Below are positions 1 to 11,581 of a stretch of 33,890 nt of DNA, one piece after another (positions within the stretch are counted from its first letter, which is position 1; every line of letters starts with the position of its first letter). The notes beneath the pieces are model-generated. The model saw only the letters and a list, made by a program, of their open reading frames with translations, had not been told where the DNA came from and did no database searches. The DNA is taken from the NCBI GenBank assembly GCA_900088475.1, contig FLMG01000797.1:1-33890 (forward strand). Reading direction: 5' to 3'. Source of the DNA: Hyphochytrium catenoides (lineage: Eukaryota > Protista > Hyphochytriomycota). The position numbers were made by a program, and so were the translations under genes.

Positions 1-84
1 ATATTTCAGTTTATATAAGAATATTGAGACGAAGGGGCTGAAACCTACAGCTACTGAAGTTTATTAGTCATTGATGGCATGGTT

Positions 85-228
85 CACTCTTTCTTCCTCA
101 GTCACTTTTCCTCTCTCCTGCTCTGTCTCGCTCTGCCACTGCCTCTCGCTTGCTCCCATTTCCCTCTCTTATATCCTCTGCCCGCCAGCTCCGCTACTTT
201 CCTCTCTTTATCTCCTCTCCTTTCCCTG
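85..228. repeat. Degenerate CT-rich low-complexity tract
   Basis: Strongly pyrimidine-biased on + (ctctctcctgctctgtctcgctc...), ending in tttccctgtag. Confidence 0.6.
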
Positions 229-311
229 TAGATTGGCTTGTCTATGTTCGAGCCATTGTCTCAGCAAGAGGGAAGACTTTATTGAGATGATACTAAATAT
301 ATTAGCTCGTG

Positions 312-3300
312 CTAGTGGGAACCTAAGCCGAAACCTTGTTGGCTCCGCGGTGTAGGTGCCTTTGCCATCGGTTTGGTCTTGGCTCCAAAAAGAGAGAAGC
401 TGCTCTGATTACTCTTGATAGCTTTCTCTCTCTCCTCGGGGCTGCACAGCGGTTGAGTGAGAAGGCAAGTTCGCAAAATTATTGTGAGAGGAGGGTGAAA
501 TGAACTGACCTGAAGTTCAGTACTGTCGCCACTACTGGCACCAAGCGTTGGCGCTGCTCTGGGTCTCCCACCAGGATGAAATTGAGGATGACGTTCTTCA
601 GATACTGTTGAAGCGAAAGACGCCATTAGCATAGATGCAGCCAAATCCCGCTATCCAAGCAAAAGGATGAGAGAGACTCTACAGAACAGAGACGACGGGT
701 ACCTCTACGTTAACTCCAGATTCTTGCCCAGTAGCAAGAGTCTTTTCTCTTCCAGCACTTCTGCCCAGCTCTTCTGCTTTAGCCTTCCAGCTGCTCGCCT
801 CCGTTCTCTCTTTCTCAGCCGTGACCCTTTCCTCAATCAAATCTTTCTCTAAACTTGCAATCTGGGCCTTCAGACGGCTAAACTCCTCGTCGCGCTGAGC
901 TTGAAGCTGCACGGCAGCATGGCCGCCATAGTGAGGTTTGAAAGAGAGGAGAGATAGAGCATCAGAAACTGCAACTGTTCTGAATAGTCATCGCACAAAT
1001 GAGGCAATAACGGATGTAGATATGTTGGCAGGCGAGAGGAAGTAAACGGTATGAGTAAAAACAGTGCCGCTGTCTACATCTGTCGCGACATTGCAATAGC
1101 CATTATCAAAAGGTAGCCAACAAAAAGGAGACCGACAGAGGTCGATAGAGATGTCATACCCTGGCAAACTCAAGGATTTGCTGTTCTGCGGCATTCTCGG
1201 GCTTGGGGGCCTTCAGTTTATCCTCAAGTGTCCTAATGTTACCAACCAGTTCTTCGATCTCTTTGTCCTTTTCGACAAGCATCCTTTTCGCCACGTCAGA
1301 CTTTTCTCTCAAGTCCTTAGATGCAGCTTCCACCTGTGTCAGAAGTATAAGTGAACACGAAGTTAAGGAAGAATGTCACAGGAGTGCGAAGAAGAGGCCA
1401 AAGCGAGACACACCTCCAGGGCAGAAAAACAAAATAGAAAAGAACGAGACAGAGACAGAGAGAACAAAAGAGATGGAGAGATGGAGAGAGATAACGGGGC
1501 TTAAAAGAGAACAGAAGGGAGAGCCAGGCAGGCATAGTACACTTAGCCCCGCAGGACGGGATGCCTGGTCTTAAGGAGAAGGAGCGGAGTAGGATGGACC
1601 AATGCAATGGGCGGTATTGAAGGGTAGGAAGAGGAGAAGTGCTGGAGACGGACGCGAGGAAGGCTGATATATATATCAGACGTTCATACCTTTTGCAGAA
1701 GCTCCTCCTTTGCTTGTTCTGAAGCCGTGAGAAGCTCACGTTGTTCTCCTAGTCTTCTTTCAAGCTCTACTTTTTCTTCCTCTGCACTTTGCAGGCGCCT
1801 GCCCAAAATGTAAGCACAAGAGGGGAGAAAGAGACAGAACCAGCCCATAGGTACGGAGAAGTGTACCTCTGTGCTTCTTCTTCAGCATGACGTCGATCTT
1901 CTTGAAGTTTGGCTAGTTCTTCCTCAGCCTTTTGCAGTGCATCAACCTTTTGCTGATAGGTTCTGCGCGTGAAAGAAGTCTCAGATTCAGAGAGCTTCCC
2001 AGAGGAACGATCGAGAGCACAGACTCACGAAGGACTGTAGACAGAATACTGTTGAGACGAAAGTGAGGAGAATGTGACTACCTTGAGCTCTCTTCTCCTG
2101 ATAAGCGTGCAGCTGTCAGCTGCTGCTCCAGTTTCTCAACCTCTTTCCGCGAGAAGTCCGCTTGCTCACTCATGGCCTACAGGGAAGGCGCGAAGTCAGG
2201 AAGGTCGATGGTATCCTGCAGTGAGCAGGGAGGTTAAGGCGCCGATCCAGACCTTGACAAGCTCTTCAACTCTCTTTCCAGCCTCTTCCTTCTCGATCGT
2301 AAGCTTCTTGATTGCGGATCCAGCTCTACTCCTGAAGGAAAGTAGTGTCACAGTCTTCCCCAGTGCCTTCTCTATAAAGTAGAGCCTCCTACCGGTACGT
2401 TTCAAACGCAATCTTGACATCCTCATTCTCCTTGACCACTGTCGCTAACTGGCCTCGCAGGTCCAAGACGATATCCTATTTAGGAACAGTTTGAGAACGA
2501 GGAAAGCGAAGGTAAAGTGAATAATAGCTTAATGACTGACCTCCTTCTGTGATACAGAGCTGCTTGCCACCTCAAGTTCAGTAGTCAGCTTTTGAACAGC
2601 AGCCTCAGACGTCGATAGCTGCGACGTCAACGTAGAGATGCGCTCCTTTTCCTTCGTCAGTTCTCCCTCCTAGGGGCAGAGATAATCAGTGCACGTGGTG
2701 CACAATGGTTCATCTGTGAGAACGAAATGGTTACCTGTGTAGAAAGTCTCAGCCTCAACGCCTCTAGCTCCTCTGCAACTCTGCCTTGATTCTCTTGTGC
2801 GTCCTTTAGTGACTCAATCTCTGCTTTTGCTCGTTCAAGCTCTTCTTGAGCTTGCTAGATATATGCGAGTTTTTTAGACTTCAAGAAGATCTCCGACTCG
2901 ACGTAAAATTGAGTCTGTCCAGTGAGACCCACCTTTAGTGAATGCTGAGCATCCCCCAAGGTGGCTCTCAAAGCATCAGTTTCGACTGTTGAGGAGCCTT
3001 GTTGGGCCTCGAGTTCCGCAGCTAGTCTTCTGCCATTCTCCACCGCCTCGTCCTGTCACAAGAAAGTCATGCTCTTAGCAAGACAAGGTCTCCCTCCGAA
3101 TATGCCCCTGGCAATCCGCCTCCTGACCCTGTACGAAAAATACTCACCAACTTAGTAGCTAGGTCATGCTTCTCCTTCTCGGCGTTCTCCAGTTGAGTTT
3201 GGGCTTCCTGCAGTTTCACAGTAGCCGAGGCTTGTAAATTGCTCATTGCTGTCTCCCTGTCACTCGCCCTAGATGTGACCTCTTCCAGTTGCAGCTTGAG

Positions 3301-6300
3301 AGCATGTAGCTCCTCTTCCTTGCCGGTGGCAGCAGCAGCCGTTGCCTTCGTACTCTGCAGCTCAGCTGTAGTCTCAGCAAGCTGTTGCTGCAGGGCTTTG
3401 TATCGCACGATTAGCTCTTTCAATTTGCCCTAAGCAAAGAAGTTAAAGTAAGTCATCCGCCTAGTCTTTATGCCTACAAACTGGGACGCCGAAGAGCTCC
3501 TTACGGTGAGTTCATCCTTGTCGCCTTTCGACTTGGCTTCTTGCTCCCTAAGCTGTTTCTGGCTTGCCTCTAATGCTGACTCTAATTCTTCACGCTTCTG
3601 TTGGTGCTGAGAAAAGGAAGGAAGGAAACAGACATCATCAATGCTGCTCAGCACCTGTCCGCGCCTTGCATTTCTCAAACTCTCTGTGCCTACCGCTCTC
3701 TCTAGGTTCTGCTTCTCTTCTTGAATGGCTTTCAGCGTCTCTTGCATGGAGCTAGATCCTGGACGATCACCCGCGATGCAATAGTTAGCAAGCGGAAGAG
3801 CTTACCACCCCCGGAAAAGCCAGGAAGGACACGACGCCCAGACCTGATGCAGCTTGAAGTCTTTCTGTGTCCAGCTGCTCCTTAACCCTTTGAAGCTCAT
3901 CATCTGCAGTCTGGAGTTGTCTCTTTAGGAGCTCTGTCTCCTCTGCAGCCTGCTTTAGTCGTGTGGTAGCCTGCTCTTTCATATGCTGAAACTGTTGAGC
4001 TGCACGCTGGAGCTCGTCCTCTGCTTCAGTCACCTGCGAGTCCATGCCGACGATGACCTTAATAAGCGATACCAGCACAGAGAGCAAGACCTTTGTCGAG
4101 ATACAACAGGTGCAGGCACCTAGGCCTAGGACCAAAGCTTCGGATCAGTCAAGAGTAGATCGGGTGTACCTTCGTCTTCAATTGCTCATTCTCCGCCATG
4201 GCCTTTTGAGATGCAATCTGCAGTTGCTGGTGCTAGTAAGGCATACAGGGAGCACAGAAGAGCCTTAGACTAATGGTGATCGGTGAAGATTCTAGCAAGA
4301 GTGACGACCCAAGGATGAAGCTTACCTCTTGCTCTATCTTCCTCACTCGGGTGTTAGCAGAGTTTGCTTCCGCGATGGCTCTCTGCAATTCCTCTTTCAG
4401 CGATTGTGAATCAGCTTCAGCCTGAGGAGGCGCTTTATTCCCAAGCAAGAGCCAGAGGAAAAGGCTATACTTCGCCAGTTACCTTAGACACAGCCTCTTG
4501 CCTCAAGACCAAGGACCGCTCGACTTCCTGTTTCAATTCGATGACCTGCGTGGAGACCGAGCGATATCCGCAATCCACGATACAGGTGCGCGACAGGTGA
4601 GAAAAGAACCACAGACCAACAAGGAGAAAAATAGCAGAAGCAGCAGCAACACCACTCCACCTCGTTCTTTTTGGCGGCTAACTCCTGGGTCAGTCTGGCC
4701 GCATCACCTCCAGCTGCCTCAGAAGCTGCTAAACGGTTTTCCAGTGCCTCGCCCTGGATAAACCCAGAGCAATCAATGGGGAATATGCAGAGGTGTCAGC
4801 AAAAGGAGGCAGTGGTAATGCTAGACATTTCAAAGACTGACCCTCTTTAGGGCATTTTCAAGGTCCTCTTGCAGACGGAGGAGAGACTGCTGGTCTTGCC
4901 GCATCTGAGTCATGATGAATGAGCCAACGCACATATCACAGTCCCATAACAACAACTTGACTAACCTGCTCTTTTTGCTCTTCAGCCTCAGACGATAGCC
5001 GGTCCACCTGAAGTTGTAGGGCATGCTTTGTTGCTTCTACCTCCTCCACGGCCTTCATGGCTTCTGCCTCCTTCCGCCTCACCTGAGAATAACGATTTAG
5101 AAGCTCTAAGACCAGCATGTCGTGGGGACGATACAGAGCATCATCATAGGCAGGCCGTGCCTGTTCCCGCTAGGGGCAAGAGTATCAAAAATAAATAAAT
5201 AAAGTGCGCTGACCTCCTCTCTTAGACTATCTGACTCTGCTTTATGTGTAGATACATCGTCCTGGAGTTCTTTTAGTGTATGTTGGAACCTCTGCGACTC
5301 TGATTGCCACGTCAATGACTTCTTCTGATGATCCGCCGTTGCGCTTGCAAGCTTCTGCTCAAGCTCCTCTACCTAAAAGGTCAAAGTAGAAGGCCGCAGA
5401 AGGTCGGAAGCCAGCGGGTTAGCCTAATAGCCAAACGGCAGGATCGTGATAGTTACCAACTGCACTACGCTTCCAGCCGGGTTAAATACCTGTGCTAAGA
5501 GCTTATTAACTTGCATGTCCTTGTCATTGGAGCTAGAGCTGAGCGCTTTCTTGGCCTCCTCAGCAGCGGCTTCAGCGTTCTTGACTTGTAAGCTCAAAGC
5601 CTCTATCTGTGCCGCTGCTTCTCCCAACTAGGGGGAACAAGGGCGGGGGGCAACGACAGTAAGAAAAAGTCACCGCAGGCGTGAGCAAATAAGCGATGAC
5701 GAGACACTCTAGATATAAGAGTACGTTGATGGTGGCTGCCAACCGTAGAGGCTGTGTACCTGCTGGTTCTTCTGCTGCGCAAACAGCTGCGCCTTTTGCT
5801 GCAGATTTCTCAATTGTGTCGTGGCTTCTGTGGCCTCCATCTCCTTAGCATTCAGTCTTTCCCCCGCTTCGGAGAGCTGTGCTTCTAGCTGTTCCTTGGC
5901 AGCGAGTGCGGCCCGCATTTCCACTTCATTTGAGCTTCGTTGTCCCTTCAAGATACTGATATCAGAGGCTGTTGACCGCATTTCTGGCACGACAATTGAG
6001 GTCTACCTCAAGGGCTCTCTCCAAGTTTGCCAATTGTTCGCGCAGGTTGGTGAGTTCGGCATCTCGTTCTTTAACGCTTGTCGTCAAAGCGTCGATCGTT
6101 CTGGAGCTTTCTTGCGACAGATTTTGTGCAGCGTCTTCCCGCTGTCGGCAAGCGTTTGAAACACTTAGCAACACATCGGCGGAAGCAATACATTAGCATT
6201 ACCTCGGACTTCAATCTGTCGAGCTCTGCCGCTCGTTCCTCTAAACGGGCTTCTAACTCTGATTGCTTCCGTGCCATGTCCGACCGCCTACTCCCCTCTT

Positions 6301-9300
6301 GTTTAAGTTCCTCCGCCATCTCTTTTAGCTGGGTATCAGAAGCTGCTGTGAGTCCAAAGCCAGCAGACGGATTTAAGGGCTCCATAAAGGCTAAACCTTG
6401 TTCTTCAACTGTCCAAGCTCCCTGTCCTTATCGCCAATATCCCGCCGCAGACCCGAAACAGTCTCTTCTAACTCCTTTTCAGCGGCCTCCACTTTCCTCT
6501 GGGCGTCCTGGAGGTGCTGCTGCAGCAGTGTCCTCTGTAAAAGAGGTGTTAGGACAATGGACAACTTGGCCCGGTAACTCTCATAGCGGGACGCTTAATG
6601 TTCCAGCGGTCTTTACGTACCTCTTCCAACAACTGTGAGTGCTCGCTGGAACGTATAACGAGCTGGAAAGGTTGAAAGAAGAATGCGCGTAAGAGTTATC
6701 ATTCCATAACAACTAGGCTATCCCCTATCCTGCCATATACGGATGAAAGCTCCTGTCTTACCTCCTTCTCTAGCTGCTGTAGACGCTCGTGCTGTGTCCT
6801 TTGTAAGCCTTCTAGCTCATCTACTCTATTTAAGCCTTTTGATGCTCCTTCTGCTTTCTCTCTGGCGCTATTAAGTTCGAGTTCTAACTCTTCAACCTAC
6901 AAAGCGGGGAGGTGTTTCGGCGAGTGCTAGTGGCGAACGCAAGGGCATGAGAGACGACCCTACCTTTTGTCTCATAGCATCTCTAGCTTCCTCGGCAGCT
7001 GTGGCGGTCTCTCGATACCTCTCAAGCTCCTCCTTCATAGCTGCCAACGTGTCAGCAGAGGTCTGAGTCTGAGCTTTCCGTGCGTGAAGCTCCTCCAACA
7101 GCTCGCGTTTGTGCGTCTCTCCCTCGGCCTGTGCTCTGGCCTGTACGTCCATTTGCGCCTGCAATCGCTGCAGCTCTTCCTCACGCTCCTTGATGATGCT
7201 GGACAGTTTCTCGGTAGCCTAAGGAGGCAGGCTTGTATCAGCTCAACTTTCAGGTTTTCCTTTTCTACGCCCTAATAGCCCTTTCTCAAAGGCGTTCCAG
7301 CGTCGGGTTGGAAACTTCCATCCATTTTTGTTGAGCTGAATGGCCAAGGCTCTCTAATTTCGCATCCGTCCACCTTTCTTCTCTTCACCTTCCCTCAGGC
7401 GGCCTGTATCTGCCTTACCTCCGAGCTCTGTCTAGTAGCCTGAACCTGTTCAGTGAGTGACTTCACTTGCTGCGTGAGTTGGCTGATCTGCTCATGCTTC
7501 TGGGCAGCGAAGACCTTCGTCTTCTGTTGAAATGTAATAAACTGGGCCTTAAGATCTTCCAACTGTTGAACCGCAACATAACAGTCAGCAGAGACAAAGA
7601 ATAACCCAGTAGAAGAAGGGCTAGATGAAGGAATACGGCCACATACCTCTTTGCTTCGGCTTCCCGCCACGTTTCTTTCTGCGTCGACTTGCTGCAGAAG
7701 GCCTTCCTTCTCCGCTTTTAGGGTCGCGAGCTCTGAGGTTAGATTCTGGAGCTGATCTTCGAGAGCCTTTGCGTTCTGGGTAAGATTTTCGACATGTCCA
7801 TTTTCAACCGCGGGCTGCAGCAGGTATAGGCACATGCATCTATCATCACGTCTTTAGAGGATGAGTGAACATTCTTTTACCTTCTGCACTTCTAGCTGTT
7901 GGATCGTCTTTTGCTGCTCCTGCAGCTGGTGTTGCATCTGCTTGAACTTGCCTGCAGCCTGCTGTAGCTTATCAACCAGGGTCACATTCTCCTCCTGTTG
8001 CCGATTCAATGCCTCCTTCAGGGCCGCAATATCTTCCCCACTCCCCCTGCACGTATTGTCAGACAGTTGTAGGAAGAGTTGGATGACCATACATGTTGAC
8101 TTGAATGGAGAAATAGAGGGAAAAATTTTGATGAGTAAGACAACGGAGGAAGCGCAAAGTGAAAGAGCCTCCGAGAGAATAGAGTGGCGAGGAAGGGATG
8201 AAATGAAGAATAAACTATGGTAATTGCGGTATGCACCTAGAGGAGCGCTTGGCGGCATCAAGCTCAGTGGTAAGCTGCTCAATCTTGGCACTGAGGCTTG
8301 CAGTCACTTCCGCTGTCGCGTCACTGGGGCAGTGTCAGTCGTCAGAAATTCTTGAAAGCAGAGTGTCATCTAAGTGTCATCTAATAAGCACCTTGTTTGC
8401 TGCTTTATAAGGGTCTCTTTCTCTTCCTGCAACTGTCGATATCGCATAGCCATTTCCTAGAAAAACCGATAGCATCAGTAGAGGTGAAAAAGAACAATCA
8501 AACGTCTTGCTCCAGCGTGACCAGAGTGGTCCCACCTTCATCTTCGATATCATCTTCTCACGTTCGCTCTGGAGCGTATTGACCTCTTCTAGCACCTTCT
8601 CCAGCTGAGTTTTCAGGGCTGTTACCTTTGGGGTGGACAAACAAAGCAGGTTTATTTGACTCGCCCATCAACCCAAAGGTCAGTCAAACGGCCAGTCACG
8701 ACGCTTTACCTCTGCTTCGCTGTTGCCGACAGAGCTGCTGAAGGCTCCACTTCGTGGAGGGCTGCCTGTGAGTAAGTCAGGAGCCATTTCTACGGGTGCT
8801 GGGGGCGCCTTGACGGTTGCTTCAAGCTCCTGGTTCTTCTGAAGCAGTGCTTTGTACTTGACTACTAGCTCCTGCAGTTTCCCAGTAAGCTCCTGATTAC
8901 GAGTCCGCAAGGCCTCAACGTCCGTCGCGCCATCTCCTGTTGAGCCTCCCAGGGGTGCAGTCTCAAGCTCTTTGTCTGGCATTCATATCTGTTTAGTGAT
9001 CCGCTACCAACTCTTAGGTGGAGGCTGAGCTTACTTTTGGCCTGCAGCTTACGGAGTTCCTGCTCGTATATCTTTAGCTTCCCATTCTGCTGACGGACAA
9101 AAACAAGAAGATCATCCCTGGAGAAGTCGTTTAGACTTGGTCGCCTCTGGAAAAAGAGGTAATAGGTAAGGTCAATATGTAGGCGTTGTGTTAAAAAAGG
9201 AGTTATCAACTAACCTCGCCAGAGCTGCTGCTGACAGATCCACTCTCTCCATCGGCAGTTGATGAGCCTGCACCGCCAGCGGCGACCTGTTGAACTCCCT

Positions 9301-9400
9301 GCTGAACGCGAGTCTGAAGGTGCTGGCCTTGCTCCTTCAACTCAGCCTGAAGTTTCGTAGCCGCCTGGGCGGCGCCCTTTAGCATGCTGCCGAAGTTCAT
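312..9400 (-). CDS. GRIP-domain trans-Golgi golgin (long coiled coil; AtGRIP/GCC88-like), about 40 introns
   Basis: Continuous frame rebuilt through GT-AG introns from ATG 9400 (MNFGSMLKGAAQAA) to TAG 312-314. E/Q/K/L-rich heptads throughout. The last exons (ending at 703; 604-510; 441-312) join to GVNVE|YLKNVILNFILVGDPEQRQRLVPVVATVLNF|SPEEREK, a canonical GRIP domain with the conserved Tyr. The upstream AEQQILEFARLQAQRDEE resembles the pre-GRIP motif of plant GRIP as I recall it. Confidence 0.92.
1420..1525. repeat. GA-rich degenerate microsatellite in an enlarged golgin intron (about 1335-1689)
   Basis: gagacagagacagagagaac...gagatggagagatggagagag; explains why this intron is several times the typical length. 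Confidence 0.65.
2029..2034 (-). other. Candidate 6-nt microexon (TCCTTC) in the golgin gene
   Basis: Minus strand reads ttctgtctacag|TCCTTC|gtgagt, a strong acceptor and a consensus donor 6 nt apart, between phase-2 junctions. Confidence 0.6.
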
Positions 9401-10022
9401 CTCTCCTTCACCTGATACCTATCCCAAGCTGTCTTGGCCTTCAACTAGCGCTTAGACCATAGACTCTTGTCCTTCTAGCAGGTCGCCCTAAGGTCGCCCT
9501 CGTCCTTTCTGGACCTAAACTCTCCCCTCACCGCTAAGGCTGACTAAGCAGCGACACCGCCTGACAGCAAGCTCAGTGCTCTTTCATCTGTAGGTGCAGA
9601 TCGAGCTTCGATAGCAAGAAGTAAGGGGAAGAAGCAGCACCTTGATAGGAGGAGGGAAGTTAGTTACTCAGCAATGTACGTTGGATGCAAGAGAGCCGGT
9701 ACTGGCTGGATGAAGCATTACGGTTATTTATTCTAAATAGAATGAGCCAAAATGGTGCCTATCTGGAAGGGGACCCGTTGAATGGTAAAATCTGCATTGC
9801 AAGAAGCTTTCTTGAACGTTTTGTGTGCTTGTGTTGGTGTTGAAGAGCTTCGGACATCGCAGAAGTGCAGAACAGTTCTTCAAGGCCTTTCTTGTGAGAA
9901 GCCTTGGCTGGAGTCTGTCAGCAGAGAATTAGCGACTTCCCCGGCACACCTAAGCCAGCGCATTAACTGGCAGACGGAAGTCTCTGTTCGCTGTGACAGC
10001 AAAGCAGTAATTGATTTGTATT

Positions 10023-10783
10023 ATGGACCATCAGCAAGGGCATCAAGGGCATCATGCCACGCCCGGCAATGAGATGCCAATGCACTCTGGGAGTGATATG
10101 GCGATGCCGATGACGTTCTGGTTCTCCTGCGAGTGTTCTATACTCTTCGACTCTTGGAAAACAACGTCCTGCCTCTCCTTCTGGCTAAGCTGGCTCGTGG
10201 TTGTGCTTCTGGGAGCCATGCACAGATGGTAGACAAGCATGTATCTCTTCTCGCTGCCTTACAGACCCACAGACTAACTGTTATCGCAATCCTACTTTGC
10301 TACTTCTTGATGCTTCGTTTTTAGGTTGATTCAAAGACAGCTAATTCATGCTTCAAAACGGAAAGCTGAGCGCTTACTTGGCGTAGATGGAGCTGATTAT
10401 AGGCCTTTAAATGGGCCCGGAGGTTATCAGACTTCAAGGTGCGTTTGATTGACTGCCTAATACACCCCAACCGGAACCTCTTAGGCAGTGTCGTTACCTG
10501 TACCAGACGGAGAAGTATCCGAGATTTGGGCATGGAAGGGCTCCTCTTTGCTGCCAATATGACAGTGGGCTACTCATTGATGCTTATAGCAGTAAGTTCC
10601 CACCATACCTTTGAGAGATTTCCCGCCCGCCAACGGAAGAAGCTGACATTTTGCCCATGACCTATCATCCATCATCAGATGACTTTCAATACGGCTCTAG
10701 TGGCTGCAGTGATTCTTGGATCCACAGTCGGACACCTTACATTCCCTCCACGCAACCACGCGCCCATTTTTGAGTGCCATTGA
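10023..10783 (+). CDS. Ctr/COPT-family copper transporter, 4 exons
   Basis: His/Met-rich N-terminus MDHQQGHQGHH...MPMHSGSDMAMPMTFWF, then ILFDSWK before TM1. The spliced TM2 reads GYSLMLIA|MTFN (MxxxM), TM3 has GxxxG (ILGSTVGH), and the protein ends FECH-stop (TGA 10781-10783). Introns approximately 10229-10324, 10439-10488, 10592-10678. Confidence 0.93.
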
Positions 10784-11427
10784 CGAGCCAGTAGGAAGAA
10801 CACCGCTAGAGTTGAAGTCTCATTTTGTCCACGTACCATTGCTGTTAGAGGCCTATCATTATTCTACAAAGCGACGGCTGTCCCAGCCCTCATTTACCTT
10901 AAATACCGCAGCGAGACCCAGAAGGGCAGAGTGGATCATCTGGCGCTTGGCATGATGGAAGGAACCTGCAAGACTAGTTCAAATCGATGGTGACCTCCTG
11001 GCCCAGCCGCGGGCTGCCTGCTCCCCCGCTCCACGCTGTGGCTTGTTGGGAACCTGGATGAGGTCGACAAGGCTCTCCTCTCTGTTGCAGCGCTGTACCG
11101 AGCATGATGCTCCTAGCCGGGCCGGCCGCTGTGTGTTGGCTTGGATTTGATGATGAAAGGTTTCAGGCCCGAACAAAGGGCAAAAGGCGACTAAGTTTGG
11201 AAATTACGGTTCAGGTACTGCAATGTAGACGACTGAATAAGAGTAGAAAGGTTACGTATAGTGACGGTCCGAAGACTTATTCATCACTTCAATAAAGGAG
11301 TATTGAAAACGTAGTAAATACGACTATACTTGGAGAGGGAGGAGAGGATTATTCTGTCTCTCTCCTCAAAGGCAAAGAACCACATGTCAGAGACACTTCT
11401 GTTCTTCGTCCAAAGGAACGTTTGACA

Positions 11428-11470
11428 CAGCAGCAGCAGCAGCAGGCGGCCGATGTGGAGGAGGAGGAGG
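11428..11470 (+). repeat. Adjacent (CAG)6 and (GAG)4 trinucleotide runs upstream of the SNARE gene
   Basis: cagcagcagcagcagcag gcggccgatgtg gaggaggaggag read directly. Confidence 0.8.
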
Positions 11471-11581
11471 ATGACTCTGCTTCGTTGCGTCGCGCTATTG
11501 ATTGAGAGGGCTAATGAGCGCATGCCTGGTGGAAGAAGCATTTTGTTATGCACGAACTAGTGTGCGGTATACCAACCAGGA

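Noticed and set aside
8362-8383. 11-bp tandem duplication (agtgtcatcta x2), and a similar one at 9480-9500
   Set aside because: Isolated two-copy slippage duplications in non-coding DNA; not an array or element end.
9670-9705. Two GTAC cores upstream of the Ctr gene as copper-response elements
   Set aside because: Two 4-mers in about 600 nt is the chance expectation, and the CRR1/SPL7 system is established only in the green lineage.
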